Source: Cladosporium halotolerans
Lineage: Eukaryota
Assembly: GCF_011745625.1 (NCBI RefSeq)
Contig: NW_027191477.1
Location: 62,001-126,000, forward strand
Reading direction: 5' to 3'
Length of the DNA stretch: 64,000 nt
Each line of letters starts with the position of its first letter. Position 1 is the first letter of the stretch. The position numbers and the translations under genes were made by a program. Below the pieces are notes generated by a model. That model saw only the letters and a list, made by a program, of their open reading frames with translations. It ran no database searches and was not told the DNA's origin. Positions 37,230 through 51,206 of this stretch are shown here, piece after piece.

Positions 37230-40199
37230 ATGTCTTCCAACCCCAACAGTAACGGCAAGAGGCCGCGGCTGCAAGACCGCGACCCTAATGAAAGCATGAA
37301 GTACCGCAAGGTAACATCAAAGGATACCACCCAGCCTCAAGAGAGGTCTACTCACAAGTGCTCAACCTCAATCGAGGAAGCGATCAAGCAGCGTGAGACC
37401 TTTCTGGCCACCGACGAGCAGCTTGATCATGACGACGAAGAGACCTCTACCGTCAACGCTGCCGTGACGAGCAGATCAAGAACCCGTCGTGGAGCATCTC
37501 CGGCTGATCCCTCGAAGAATCAACACGTCGGCAGCGATCGACCCATCGCCACACCTCGCAGAAGGCTCCCTGCATCGCCTCTCAGTCAAGTTCACAACCT
37601 TGAATCGGACAACGACGCGGCGCCGGTGAATACTGCTGCCCGCCGTGCGACCACTGCTGCTGCTGCTCCTAAGAAGAAGCCTGCGCGTATCCTACTTCCC
37701 GACGACGAGCCTAAGCCAAAAAAGCAGACTCAGCCGAAGAAGAGGAAGGTAGCACCCAAGCCGGCGCCCAAGATCGCCGGAGCACTCAAGCATTTCAACA
37801 GCAAAGCGGCACGCGACAAGTACGAGAATGAACGCATGGCTCATGCTCACGATATCAGCGGCAACATCACACTCCCCGACTTCAAACGCTACGGAACCGG
37901 CAGTGTCGAGTCCGCTATTGGACCATCGACGCTGGTGAAACCGAAAGTGCCTGAGCCGATCAAAGTGCCGGAGAACAAGAACTGGCTACAGGAATACCTT
38001 GACGAGCAGAAGAAGCGCGTGGAGGAGAATGCAGAGCAGGATGAGTTCAACCAGCCGAAGGAGGTTGTGGCTTCGAAGATGGCGGCGCTTGGGAATCTGA
38101 CTGCCATGGTGTCATCGTCTCCCTCGCCTGCTTCTCCAAAGCAGCCTTCTACGCCGAAGCAGACTGTGGCTACCAATGTTGCTCAATCCCCGAAGGAGCA
38201 GCAGGCAGCTACTCAGAACCCAGTCCCTGTCTCGAAAACTGCGCGCATCTCAACGAAGCCAGCTGAGGTCTCTACCACGCAGCAAAAGCCGACTGTCGAT
38301 GCCTACGACGGAACCACCGCGGAGTCTCCTGAGAAGAACCTATCTTTCGATCAACAAAACGCTACTGCAGAGGCTGCAAAGCAGACGACCAAGGACTCTC
38401 CTTCGAAGAGCTCCGAAGAGATCGCAAACGGCGCCGCATCCGGGACACGTGACTTTGTTGAGAAGTCGTCTCTGAAGGGCTTCAAGGCCAAGTTCGTGAA
38501 GATTCCCAGAAAGCCGGTCGAGGCTCCCGAGACCGAGGCAAAGGCGTCTTCGCTAACCGGAGTGTCGCACAAGGATTTTGCCAGAGTGCCTGGAAGCGAG
38601 GATGCTGGTCAGAAGTCAGTGATGCCGGAGAAGACTCAGCTGTCGCAGAAAGAGAAGGAAGGACAGATCATCAAGGTCTCAGAAGGCCTCAAGGGTGGCA
38701 ACAAGTCGGCGCCGCCGTCTGATAGAACACAATCTCAGCCAAAGGAGAGCTTGAAGGAATCGACCAACACCGCCACAAAGCAGCTAAAGGCTACTGGCAG
38801 TGAACTGGACTCGAACGCTTCGACTCTCAAGAAGGCAGCTCAGAGCTTAACTGGCATCCCGCAAAAGCAGCATAAGGCTGTTAGCGGTGAAACCACCTCG
38901 AGCACTATGACGTCCAAAAAGTCGGCCCAGGCCCCTTCCGCAACCACCCAAGAGCAGCAGCAGAGCGCACCTGACACTTCTGATCCGAAGACCACCCACA
39001 ATGCCAGCAAGCCTAGTAAGAATATCTCGGAGCCGAAGAGCTCAAGCGGCACCATCACCGCCACTTCAGCGGTTAAAACACCAAAGCCCAAGAGCAAGAG
39101 GAAGCACGATGACTCGCAGCCAGAGAATGACACTCAGGAGACCACTCCAAAGAAGCGCAGCAAGACCAAAGCCGACGATCAGCTGGACGGCTCAGATACC
39201 ATATTCGCTGATCCGCAGACCACCACTGCGGTCGGTAGCTCCCAGAAGAAGACTCCAGAGCCGATGAGCTCGAAGATCGTAGCCACTGCCACCTCCCACA
39301 AAGTGACAAAGTCTCAGACGCCCGAAGCCAAGAGCAGGAGCAAGAGAACAATTGACGACGCTTCTGAGTCGGAGGCTGACAACAAGGATACTCCGCCAAA
39401 GAAGCGAAACAAGACTGAATCTGGCTATCAGCACAAGGATTCGGGCAATACCACTGTCCCGAAGACGACAGGTGCTACCAACAAGTCTTCGCAGACCACT
39501 CCAAAGCCGAAGAGCTCAAAAACTGTCATCACTTCAGCCTCTCCAGCAGCCAACCGTGAAGAGAGCCCTCATACGCCGCTAGCAAAGGACAAGAGAAAGC
39601 TCAGTGCTGCTGAGTCCAAGGAGCCTATCACTGAGGATGATCGCCCGAAGAAGCGCAGCAAAGTCGAAGAAGCTCATGAGTCCTCGTCCGAGGAGAGCTC
39701 TGACGAAGATGACGACGATGATGTCTTGGATCCGCAAGTGGCGAAGGCGGAGGCGCTGGCGAGGCTGAAAGCTGCGAGAGCCGCCAAAGCCACCAGAGCT
39801 GTGAGTACGCCGCCTGTTCAGAGCCCACTGCAGTCCCCGGACCCTGCTTCAAAAGTCTCCAACGAAGTCGAATCTGCGGCTCCGGAGGAAGCCCAGCCTG
39901 AATCCGACGTTGATTCTGAAGTCGATAACAATGAGCAAGTCGAAGACGACGAAGCGAACGAACCGATCTCTACATCCCTCCGCTCAACTGTCTCTACCAG
40001 CAGAGATAGTTCTCCCACTCCCGGCTCTCCCACCGACGCCTCCAGCGACATCAAGCCAAAGAAGGGCGTCGCTAGGAAGACGGATCCGAAGGCTCGCGAA
40101 GCCGATAGGAAGAGGCACGAGAGGAGGACTGCGGCTAAGAAAGTTGTCGGAGACGAAGAGAAGGCCAAACAGCGCGCCAAGAGATTCATCATGGGCTGA
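37230..40199 (+). CDS. Hypothetical low-complexity K/S/T/E-rich protein, probably nuclear
   Basis: 989-aa uninterrupted ORF with several basic NLS-like clusters; no folded domain recognised. Confidence 0.75.
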   Translation: MSSNPNSNGKRPRLQDRDPNESMKYRKVTSKDTTQPQERSTHKCSTSIEEAIKQRETFLATDEQLDHDDEETSTVNAAVTSRSRTRRGASPADPSKNQHVGSDRPIATPRRRLPASPLSQVHNLESDNDAAPVNTAARRATTAAAAPKKKPARILLPDDEPKPKKQTQPKKRKVAPKPAPKIAGALKHFNSKAARDKYENERMAHAHDISGNITLPDFKRYGTGSVESAIGPSTLVKPKVPEPIKVPENKNWLQEYLDEQKKRVEENAEQDEFNQPKEVVASKMAALGNLTAMVSSSPSPASPKQPSTPKQTVATNVAQSPKEQQAATQNPVPVSKTARISTKPAEVSTTQQKPTVDAYDGTTAESPEKNLSFDQQNATAEAAKQTTKDSPSKSSEEIANGAASGTRDFVEKSSLKGFKAKFVKIPRKPVEAPETEAKASSLTGVSHKDFARVPGSEDAGQKSVMPEKTQLSQKEKEGQIIKVSEGLKGGNKSAPPSDRTQSQPKESLKESTNTATKQLKATGSELDSNASTLKKAAQSLTGIPQKQHKAVSGETTSSTMTSKKSAQAPSATTQEQQQSAPDTSDPKTTHNASKPSKNISEPKSSSGTITATSAVKTPKPKSKRKHDDSQPENDTQETTPKKRSKTKADDQLDGSDTIFADPQTTTAVGSSQKKTPEPMSSKIVATATSHKVTKSQTPEAKSRSKRTIDDASESEADNKDTPPKKRNKTESGYQHKDSGNTTVPKTTGATNKSSQTTPKPKSSKTVITSASPAANREESPHTPLAKDKRKLSAAESKEPITEDDRPKKRSKVEEAHESSSEESSDEDDDDDVLDPQVAKAEALARLKAARAAKATRAVSTPPVQSPLQSPDPASKVSNEVESAAPEEAQPESDVDSEVDNNEQVEDDEANEPISTSLRSTVSTSRDSSPTPGSPTDASSDIKPKKGVARKTDPKAREADRKRHERRTAAKKVVGDEEKAKQRAKRFIMG

Positions 40200-40218
40200 C
40201 GGCGGCGCTGATGATGGC

Positions 40219-40237
40219 TGAATGAATGAATGAATGA
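40219..40237. repeat. (TGAA)n microsatellite
   Basis: tgaatgaatgaatgaatga just after the stop of the 989-aa ORF. Confidence 0.7.
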
Positions 40238-41329
40238 TGTTGATGATTATCGCAACAACAGCAGATGTTGCTGCTCTTCAGACTGGAGTTTCTGGACCCT
40301 TTCCGTTTTGTTTTCTGCTTGGCTGACGGCCATGCTTGAGTGGTGCTCGGAGGGCTAGGCACATACCTTGGCTTCGATCAAGTGCGAGTGGCTTGTGGAG
40401 TGTTTCTGATCGTTTCGTCTCCCGACATGGAGTTTATGCATTTTTTTTTTCCTGAACTGGCTGTCATGGCTGCAATAGGAAGTGAAGAGCTAGGTGGCAT
40501 ACCTTGGCTTCGCTTCCCTCTGCTGCGGCCTACATGGGTTTCAAATTGTTTTTCTTCCGCTCTGGACTCTCTTGGAGTTTGGTGTGGTTGGGTTTCCGGT
40601 CACGGCTTCACGGGCTCCAAATTTTCGACCTTTCAGATTGGTGTTTCTTGGAATTTTGATTTCATTGGGATCATGGGACCATGGGACTTGATTGATCAGG
40701 AGCTGATGGGCTAGAGGCATACCCTAGTCTCGCCCGTGAGCTGATCAGTGGTTTGCGAATGGTCTCTTCACTTGCTTCTCTTTCTCCGTAGCACATGGTC
40801 ATTGACCAGAGTTCAAATGAAAACATCATCCATGGAATGTTTTGTGACAAGTAGGTTCATCGGGATCAGCACCGCTCCGTCGCAACGCGTAGATACTTTC
40901 ACGTGGTCGGCAGAGTGTTGAATTCCGAAGTTCAGATCCCTGACATATCCTCGCCACGCAAGAGGAAAAACGACACGAATACCGAGTAATAGTGAGCGTG
41001 CGTATTTTGCGCTATTATGGCAAGATACGAGGGTCACCCTCAGGTACTACATGAACGAAGTGCTGTGAGATGACGAGAAATACACAACACCTGCGTAACA
41101 TTCCCAGTTGCTGACCTATGGCAGCATCCACACTGCAACGAACAGCGATCGTCACCGCAACCCAATGACCTTACCTACATATCAGATTATAAATTGTCCT
41201 CATACGATGCCATCTCCAATTGAAGACAAGTCTATTTATACGTACTCTAATCTCGATACCGCCCCGACCGTTCTGTTCCTCCCCCATCTAAATCTCAACG
41301 AAATAAGACGACGTGGCAAATGCAACACA

Positions 41330-42303
41330 ATGGACGCCGAAGGCCTCGCGCGAATGCGGCAAGACCGCCGCAAGCAAAGCGTGGCGGCGGCGATGATGCA
41401 GCCAGTGAGTCTCGGTGCTTGCGAAAACCTCATCCGATTCCGCGTTTTTTCTAATCCACCTTCCAGTCTCGGCCATCAGCCGCAGTCCCCCGACAGACTC
41501 TCAACAGACCGCCAGTGAGCAGACCTCACACCGCATCTATCGCGAGACCTGCGCGCAACCCGACAATTCGATTCACTGATCCGACGTTCAGAGGGACGGC
41601 TGGGGGCGACTACGGGAGGCCTGCGGAGGAAAGCGAAGCGGCGAAAAAGAGAGCCGATAGCCTCGTAGCACCGTCTGAGAAGTCTCCGCCACGAGGGCGA
41701 GAGCAGGAGCAAGTTGCGGCACGGCGCAAGAGCAGTGCTGCGTCGTTCTTCCAATCACGCTCGTGGTCGATCTTCTATGATCCACGGATACGCGCGACGG
41801 CGGGTGGTGATGAGTCTGCGGATGGGGACGAGTCGACATGGGGGAGAGATGCTGAGTCTATTCCAGCGGGTGGCGGCGAGGATAACAGGCGGCCCTCATT
41901 CATGTCGCGGTGCAAGCGGGACCGACTACTGCACGTGGTGCTTGGCATGGTGATTCTCGTCGGTAGTGCGCTGATCGTGGCTGGCGTCGTGTGGAGCGTG
42001 ACGCACCAAAGGCGAGTGATGGAGGACCAGAGGGATTTCGCCTGCGGTAAAGGTATTGCGGGAGGTCCGAAGTGCTCAGTGCGGCTGAAAGGAGAAGAGG
42101 CGGGAATGCAGAAGGCAAGTTTTGTCGATGGAGAAGTTGTTGACTGGTGGCTGAAGAATCATTGCGTTTGGCGGAATCCAGAGAGAGAATGGTGGTGTGG
42201 CTCCGAAATTGGCGAAAAGCAGGGAGAAGGAGATGATGTGCTGCCGGATGGGACTTGGTTTGAGAAAACTGGGGAGGCAGTTGATGAGCCTCAGATGTCT
42301 TGA
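41330..42303 (+). CDS. Hypothetical single-pass membrane protein with small Cys/Trp-rich C-terminal domain
   Basis: MDAEGLARMRQ...QP, intron 41405-41466 (GTGAGT..CTAAT..CAG), then in frame with ORF 41515; TM LLHVVLGMVILVGSALIVAGVVW. Confidence 0.65.
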
Positions 42304-42423
42304 TCGGGACGCTGTTTTTGGCCGTGGTGGTTGAGCCAGCGGCTTCATCTTGTGTAGGCACTTCCAGCGTTGCTCGAGACGCCATTATTAGCAGCGCAGG
42401 CGAGAATAGGTGCCACCAACCCC

Positions 42424-43059
42424 CTATTCCCATTCATCGTCATCATTGTCTTCCTCAGGCCTGATCTTCTGTTGCCTCCGCATTCTCTCGTCAGTCTCTG
42501 TGATTTTGGCTCTCTCCAGGACACCGCAGTCAAGCAGACGGTCTTCCAGCTGGGCCAGCTTGAAAGAGTCCGGCTTGGTACCCAGACCCTCGAATCCAAT
42601 GATACGATCAACGCCAACACCATCAATGAAAGCCAGAACGCAAGGCAGCACCTGAATGCCCAGCTTGACGACCAGGAAAGAAGCATTCTCTACATTGATG
42701 CTGACAATCCTCGTCTCATAGTGCTTCTCAGCAATGGGCCCTAGCTTCTCGTCCATGATGCGGCAGCGGTTGAAATCCGGCTTCATGAAGTGGACAACGC
42801 AATACTTGCTGCCGGTCGTGATGTCCATCAGCTGCTTCTCGTCCTTGATCTCCTGGTAGGTGCCGTAAGACGCTTCCTTTTGGATCTTGGCGCGGTTGAG
42901 CTCGGCGTGTAATTGCTGCAGACGCTGCTCACGCATGGCGGCGAAGGTGGCATTGTCGGAGTCCTCTTCCAGCTCGGCGATCAGGGCGTCCTCGTCGTCA
43001 GAGTCTGTTGGCTGCTGCCTGTCCAGCACCTTGGCTACCTGAGAGTCGAGAGGAGGCAT
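42424..43059 (-). CDS. PLP1: Phosducin-like / thioredoxin-fold protein (Plp1/TXNDC9-like)
   Basis: REQRLQQL, CVVHF..F.RC.IMD, FLVVKLGIQVLPC, DRIIGFEGLG. Confidence 0.85.
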   Translation of the reverse strand: MPPLDSQVAKVLDRQQPTDSDDEDALIAELEEDSDNATFAAMREQRLQQLHAELNRAKIQKEASYGTYQEIKDEKQLMDITTGSKYCVVHFMKPDFNRCRIMDEKLGPIAEKHYETRIVSINVENASFLVVKLGIQVLPCVLAFIDGVGVDRIIGFEGLGTKPDSFKLAQLEDRLLDCGVLERAKITETDERMRRQQKIRPEEDNDDDEWE

Positions 43060-43538
43060 TGTGGCGTAGCTGAGCTTGGTATCTGTTTCACTTGCGTCTA
43101 CAATTACGCGTGGCGATGCACGTGAGGCCAGACGAGCTGCTGTTTTGGGAAGTCGGAATTTGAGACAGGGCACCGCGCGCGTGCAGCCGCGTGTTGCCTT
43201 AGGCTCTCAGCTGCCAGGCTATCAGGCGGGACGAGCGCCTTGTCCGGCGCCAGCAGACGGGGAGTGGCTTGCCGCCAGCCGCCTGCGGCCCTAACGACGT
43301 CCCTGCATGGATCATCGCCGTCTCAACCTCATCGTCGTCTCCGCCATACCGAGCCCTCGCTAAGGCCACGTCCACTGCCCTATTTCGCTTATACGCAGGA
43401 TATATTATAGCTTCGGACTATATGCCGCCGCACTTCTGTATACATTACACCCTCCAATAGCATCGGCGATCGTTCCGCCGCCCGACGACATCCTTCGCTT
43501 ATCAGGACAAAAGAAAAGGAAACAAAGACAGTACCAGC

Positions 43539-44920
43539 TCATTGGCTTTCAGCCTTGCTCTCGGACCTGCTGATCCCGTCCGAGTCACCGTCGGCGGCAT
43601 AGCTCACCGCGTGTGTGACTTCGACCTTGCGCATGATACCATCCGACTGCGCCGTGCTCTTCTCGCCGGATATCGACACGGAGTTGCCCTGAGCGTGCGG
43701 CACCAATTCCACTTCGTCTGTCGCCGTCTGCGTGCCGTTCGGGTTCTTGGACCTGACGAGCCCATGGCGTGATGCAAAGCTCCTGAGGTTGCTGCCGTTG
43801 GATGCCGTCTCGCGGCGCTCGGCAGAGCGCGAGGACCCGTATGCGCGATCGCGGAAGAATTTGAACTGCCCTACCGCTGCGGGCAGGCAGCAACAGATCA
43901 AGGCAATGCCGGCTTCAGCGTTGCTGTGATAAGTCAGCTTGGGATTTGTCTCCGTTCTTGAGATTCGCGGCCTTACCCGGACAAGACGACTTGGACGAAG
44001 AGAATTGTGAAGTCCGGCGAATCGCCGTCTGTGAGGATAAGGTGCAGACGCCACGCACTGAAAGCAGTCGCAAGACCTCCGACTGCGAGCATGAGGCCAA
44101 CACGGATCTTCTTCTTTTGCGGGATTTGTAGCGACCACGTCAGTGGTAGCGGCAGAAGCAAGATGATCGCGTCGGTCACCGTGCTGATGATCGAGTCGGC
44201 GGTGATGAGAGCAGACTGATTCAAACACTTCTCCGTGTGACTGTGCCAATAGGCCGAGATGGGCGAGCAGATTCGAATCTTCAGGATCAAACCGATGATG
44301 TAGTAGATGGTCAGGAGACCGCCCAGCGCGTAAATGCCTAGGACCTTGTTCTTGTATGGTGCGAAGACTCGCGCGATTAATGAGAGGAGGCTGAGCTTGA
44401 TGAAGAGTGTCATCAATGCGTAGAAGATCGTTGCAGCGTACATAGCCTGTTGGAGTGGAGTCAGTGAGTAGAACGGTTAGATCTGGAAGTCTGCACCACG
44501 TACCTTCATGTACTTGACGAAGGAGACCGTGCTCACTTCCCAGATGTGGTATCCGCCTCCATGCATGCTGACTATAGACGATAAGCTCAGTCAAATTCAC
44601 CCTGTCATGGATTGGAACAACATACGAAGTATACCACTGATGCAGTATCCGAGCAAGAGCACCCATGATAGCGATGTGAGATCTATGAAAGGTCAGCCGG
44701 CGTGCGACCAAAGATAACAATCCGACAGAGACTCACAGTCGTCCACCGCGAGATGAAGAGTAGGCGTTCTCAATTTCTGTACCCCTCGAATGGCGAAGAA
44801 GAATGTGCAAATGCCAATTGTCAAGCCTTGGGTGACGAGGTTAATGGTTCGGATGACATCCGTAGGATTCTGCAGGTCAGCCACAACGCCCGCAGGCGGC
44901 GGCATCACGGCTTGGGACAT
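43539..44920 (-). CDS. PTH11-like integral membrane protein (no CFEM domain), several introns
   Basis: PPPAGV..DL.NP start, GGYHIWEV, IKLSLL..IARVF, C.PISAYW, TD.IIL.LPLP..W.LQI..KKK, AEAGIALICCCLP. Confidence 0.85.
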
Positions 44921-45540
44921 GGCTCCTTTGACCTGGTCGATGGCTCTTTGAGATTCGAGGCGGGCTTCTCCAGATGCCGGGGTGTGTCCATCGACCGGGA
45001 GGAGCAGGATATTAGTAGGAAGCAGATCGACGGATCACAGAAAACCAGGGATAGCCACATCTTGCGCAACTTCTCGTAACTGGTTAAACAACGGACAATA
45101 TCCAATGCAGCGCTATGGCCTATGCAGCTCAGGCCAAGCGCGACCGAGACCAAGCTCGTAGGGCTCCATGGCGCCTAGCCCAGACCCTAATGCAGACTCG
45201 CAGTGGAAACACGCCATCGAGTAAGAATCCCTGACGTGACAAGAGACAACAATCCCTCGCTCCTGCCGGTACTCCACTGCACTCGTAAGAGGCGCATCCA
45301 GGGTTCTCAAACACCGGCACCTGGTAGGCCTATACGCGCGCTCGGCGCACGCGACAACTCATATCCCCCACCACCAGAGCCGACGAGCTCGCCCAATCCC
45401 TGCGTCCCATCCTCAATCGTCCACTGGCAACATTTAAGACCACTCCCACCCTCCCGGGCTCGAGGAGAAGGGAGTCAACGACCCCGTCCCAAACCCCCTT
45501 CTCGCTTCCCACCGACCAGCCCACCGCTCCCAACCCAACC

Positions 45541-47329
<1,789 letters not shown>

Positions 47330-48311
47330 GCTTGAGGTCGATGAGAGGGAGGATGGCCCCTAGGTTAAGCGAATGGCCGGCTGGGGAGGTAGACGATACG
47401 TATGATGTCTTTTTGGACCGGCTTATTATCGTACCTTGGTCGTACTGCTTACATCTGAGGGAGGTGGCTCGATAAATATATCCACAGGGTGGCGTTGATG
47501 ACACGAGCCGGGTGCAAGGTCACGGCCTGGCCGTAGGAAAGACTTGCCTTGGCGTGACGCCCATGCTCTTCCAGGGTATCATCACCAAGCACAAGACTAC
47601 TGCCATCTGATCAGACATGACAGGAAGAATTTCAGCCAAGAAGCATGGCAGCAGGGTGTTTCCGTGAAGCGTCGCAAGCGATGGTCTCCTTGGAAATGTT
47701 GAAACGCCACTTCGGTCAGCTAGTGGCGCCATCCCGTTGCGCCACGCATCGAAAGAGTGGAGCCGGCTTTTCTCCAAGATTGTGAAACAGGGCCACAGCG
47801 GCTGTGGTCGTTGTCTGTCAAGTTGGAAGAAGCGATATATTCACGTAGAAGCGAAGGAATGATGTTTCGAAAAAGTACAATTATATCACCCATTGAACAA
47901 AAGATTCAGCAGGGGTCAGCCCGCCTAAATTTGGCTCGTGTTTGGAGTATTACGACGCTGGCGTGGTGAAAAGCGTCTGCATAAACGTACACGAAGCCCC
48001 TCGGCCCGCAGCTGGCCCAGCCGTTGCCTCGCGGGAGCCCTCAGGCTGCCAGGCCCGTCTACACACATCTCACCTCCCCATCGCTGCCGTTCCAAGAAAC
48101 ATTGGTATTCCGTCTTTCGCTGCGCTACACCCTCCCGTCACCTCCTCCCGCATACCGCGCGCACGCGCAACCCGCCACCACCATTACTTCCTTCATCGGC
48201 GTCTCTTCGTCGCTCGGACGTCACGGTCGCTCCCCTTGGGCCGGCGCAAGATCCCCCCTTACATCCGCTTCACCCTCGCCCTCGCCCGCCGAGAGGCAGG
48301 ACCCGTTCAGT

Positions 48312-49578
48312 ATGGCCGACGACAAGAAGAGAGATCACACCATCGAGCTCGGCGACAGGCAACCCAACAACACCTTCGAGGCCGCCCCTAAGCCCGCGCC
48401 CATGCCCTCCTCCTCTGCCTCCACCATGAACAACCCGCCTTTGTCGATTCTGGCCTACTGCGGCAGCAGTATCCTCATGACATGTACCAACAAATTCGTC
48501 CTGACCGGCACATTCAACCTCAACTTCTTCCTTTTGGCTATCCAGGTGGGTTCATTTGCTAGAGGGTCGGGTTGGAATAGTTTGGCTGACGGAGGGTAAC
48601 AACAAAGAGCGTCGTCTGCATCATTGCGATCCAAACCCTCAAATTCATGGGCATCGCTAAGTTCCGCGACTTCAACACCGACGAGGCGCGCAAGTGGTTC
48701 CCCATCTCCCTGCTGCTCATCGGCATGATCTACACCGGCAGCAAGGCCATCCAATTCCTCAGCATCCCCGTGTACACCATCTTCAAGAACCTGACCATCA
48801 TCCTGATCGCTTACGGCGAGGTGCTGTGGTTTGGCGGCTCCGTCACCAGCATGACCCTTCTCAGCTTCGGTCTCATGGTCTTCAGCTCCATCGTCGCCGC
48901 CTGGGCCGACATCTCCCACGCCCTGTCCTCCCACTCCGGCGACAGCACCACAGGCGAGGCCGCAGACAAGGTCGCGACTCTCAACGCCGGCTACGTCTGG
49001 ATGCTTTTCAACTGCTTCTGCTCCGCGGCCTACGTCCTGGGCATGCGCAAGCGCATCAAGCTGACCAACTTCAAGGACTTTGACAGTACGTTCCTTTGCA
49101 CCATCACCCCATTTGCTTCTCCGCTAACACTTCTCCCCTCACAGCCATGTTCTACAACAACCTCCTCTCCATCCCCGTCCTGCTCGTCTGCTCGCTCTTC
49201 CTCGAAAACTGGTCCTCAGCCAACATCGCCGTCAACTTCCCGCCCGGCCAAGAAACCAAAGTCCTGACCGTCATGATCATCTCCGGCCTCAGCAGCGTCT
49301 TCATCTCCTACAGCTCCGCGTGGTGCGTGCGCGTCACCTCCTCCACGACCTACAGCATGGTGGGCGCGCTCAACAAGCTGCCGATCGCGATCTCTGGCCT
49401 TGTCTTCTTCGATGCGCCCGCCACGCTCGCTAGCGTCAGCGCGATCTTCATCGGTTTCGTCTCTGGTGTTGTGTATGCTGTCGCGAAGATGTGGCAGAGT
49501 AAGAGCAAGGACCAGGGCAAGGGCGTGTTGCCTACTAGCGCGAGTGTGCAGAGCATGAGGGACTCGCTGAAGTCATGA
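48312..49578 (+). CDS. VRG4: Golgi GDP-mannose transporter
   Basis: [36 protein letters not shown] motif. Introns 48546-48607 and 49086-49144. Confidence 0.95.
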
Positions 49579-50189
49579 TTCAGAGAGCTGGGAGAAGAAG
49601 TGGTGGTTTGCGCCTGGCGCCGAGTGTCCGTCGCTGCATGGAAAGCGCCAGATATTTAAGGCACGTCTCATAGAGCACAGGACGTGCTAGGAACGGACGA
49701 AGAGACGTGTCCGCCAGCAGGGCCGGACGAAAAACAAGACGGGTTCTTGTTTTACGCCTCCGAAAAGCCTGCCATCCACGTGGTCGAGGGCCGCGGGTCC
49801 GTCGACTTTGACTGTGGTTTTGTTCAAGACGATTGTGTTACCAAAAAGAAAGAGTCAAGATCTCGCGGCGAAAGTAGCCATATACTTGTATAATAATTGC
49901 ATGCACGGCGCATCGTACCAGCTTTCTTCAGCCTGTCCCTTTGGCAAGGGCCACTAACAAGGGAAGCTGGCGTCTGTTCAATTCTACTTATAGATTTTAC
50001 GCTCTGCTTGCGCACTATATCCACTGTCCGCAGCATCATCCCGCAGGGCATCCCTCTGCCATATATTGTACAATCCCATCCCATCCCACCTCTTCCCCCA
50101 CTCAATACTTCCAATTCCTCCCAAACGCGTCGCTCCAGCTCCAAACCCTCCCAACCCCCCATCTCGCACTCCAAACATCGCAACCCCTC

Positions 50190-50765
50190 TTAAAACGAAG
50201 CAAACCCAGTGAGCGCAACCATAACCGCAAAGCTAACCCTCAGCGCCGCATCGTCCTGCACCGCGCTCCTCAGATTCACGCCCTTGACGTACTTCTGCAG
50301 CGTCTCGTAGGGGATCAGCGAGACGCCGAGGCGCTTCTCCGCCGTGTGCACGCCCAGGAAGCCGAGGCCGAGGAGCAGCGTGAGGGGCTTGCTGAAGAGG
50401 GAGAGGGCGAGGCCGGCGACGAGGCCTGGTTTGTTCGCGTTAGACTAGGCTGATATGTAGAAAGGCGGTGGGGCACATGTGAACGAACCGAGAACGCTGC
50501 CCGTCGTGATCTGCCTTACGGCCTTCGCGTTGAGCCCGCCGCGCTTGTTCACGAGGGGGGTTTTGGCGTCGCGCTGGTACTGGTTGAAGGACCAGTTTTT
50601 GGGGTTCGAGGAGGACGAGCTGAAATCCTGGCTGGTGCTTGGGACGGCGGAGTCGAGGCGCAGGGGGTTCCGGCGCTGGTGGGAGAGGAAAGCGAAGGTG
50701 GCGCCGCTGAGGCCGAGGGCGGCGGTCGAGCAGGTGAGGAGGGGCCGGTGGAGGAGGAGGGACAT
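50190..50765 (-). CDS. FUN14-family mitochondrial membrane protein
   Basis: AVRQITTGSVLG|LVAGLALSLFSKPL; intron 50426-50488; ends AFKISFG-like ALRVSFAVMVALTGFASF*. Confidence 0.75.
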
Positions 50766-51206
50766 TTTGGGCGGGTGAGGTGTATGGATGTGTTCGTGGG
50801 ATTTCTTCAGGGTCTGGGAGGGTTAGGTGTAGCTGTATTTTGGAGTAGGAGGAAAAGAGAGGGTGTAGGTTGTTCGGTATTAGCGACGTGCAGTGCTGGC
50901 CATTGGCGTTCGGACTTTGGTGCTCGTGGTCGTTGTTGCTGACGTCACGCGAGGGTGAGAGCTTCGGACTGCCGCGGCATATCCAATGGTCGCTATATTT
51001 ATCGCTCTGTACACCTCTGGTAAGCAACGTTTGTTGCTTTGCCCTCACCGAATGGGATGAACAGTCTGACGATGCGCGATTTCAGAAACCACTCAGGAAC
51101 TGTTTCAGATCGATAGAGTCGAAACGTCTAATGGTATTCACAATGCTTCTATTGAAAACAGCTTTCTCCACCTCCTTCTAAAGACTCGAGAGGCCATTCT
51201 TCCTAT

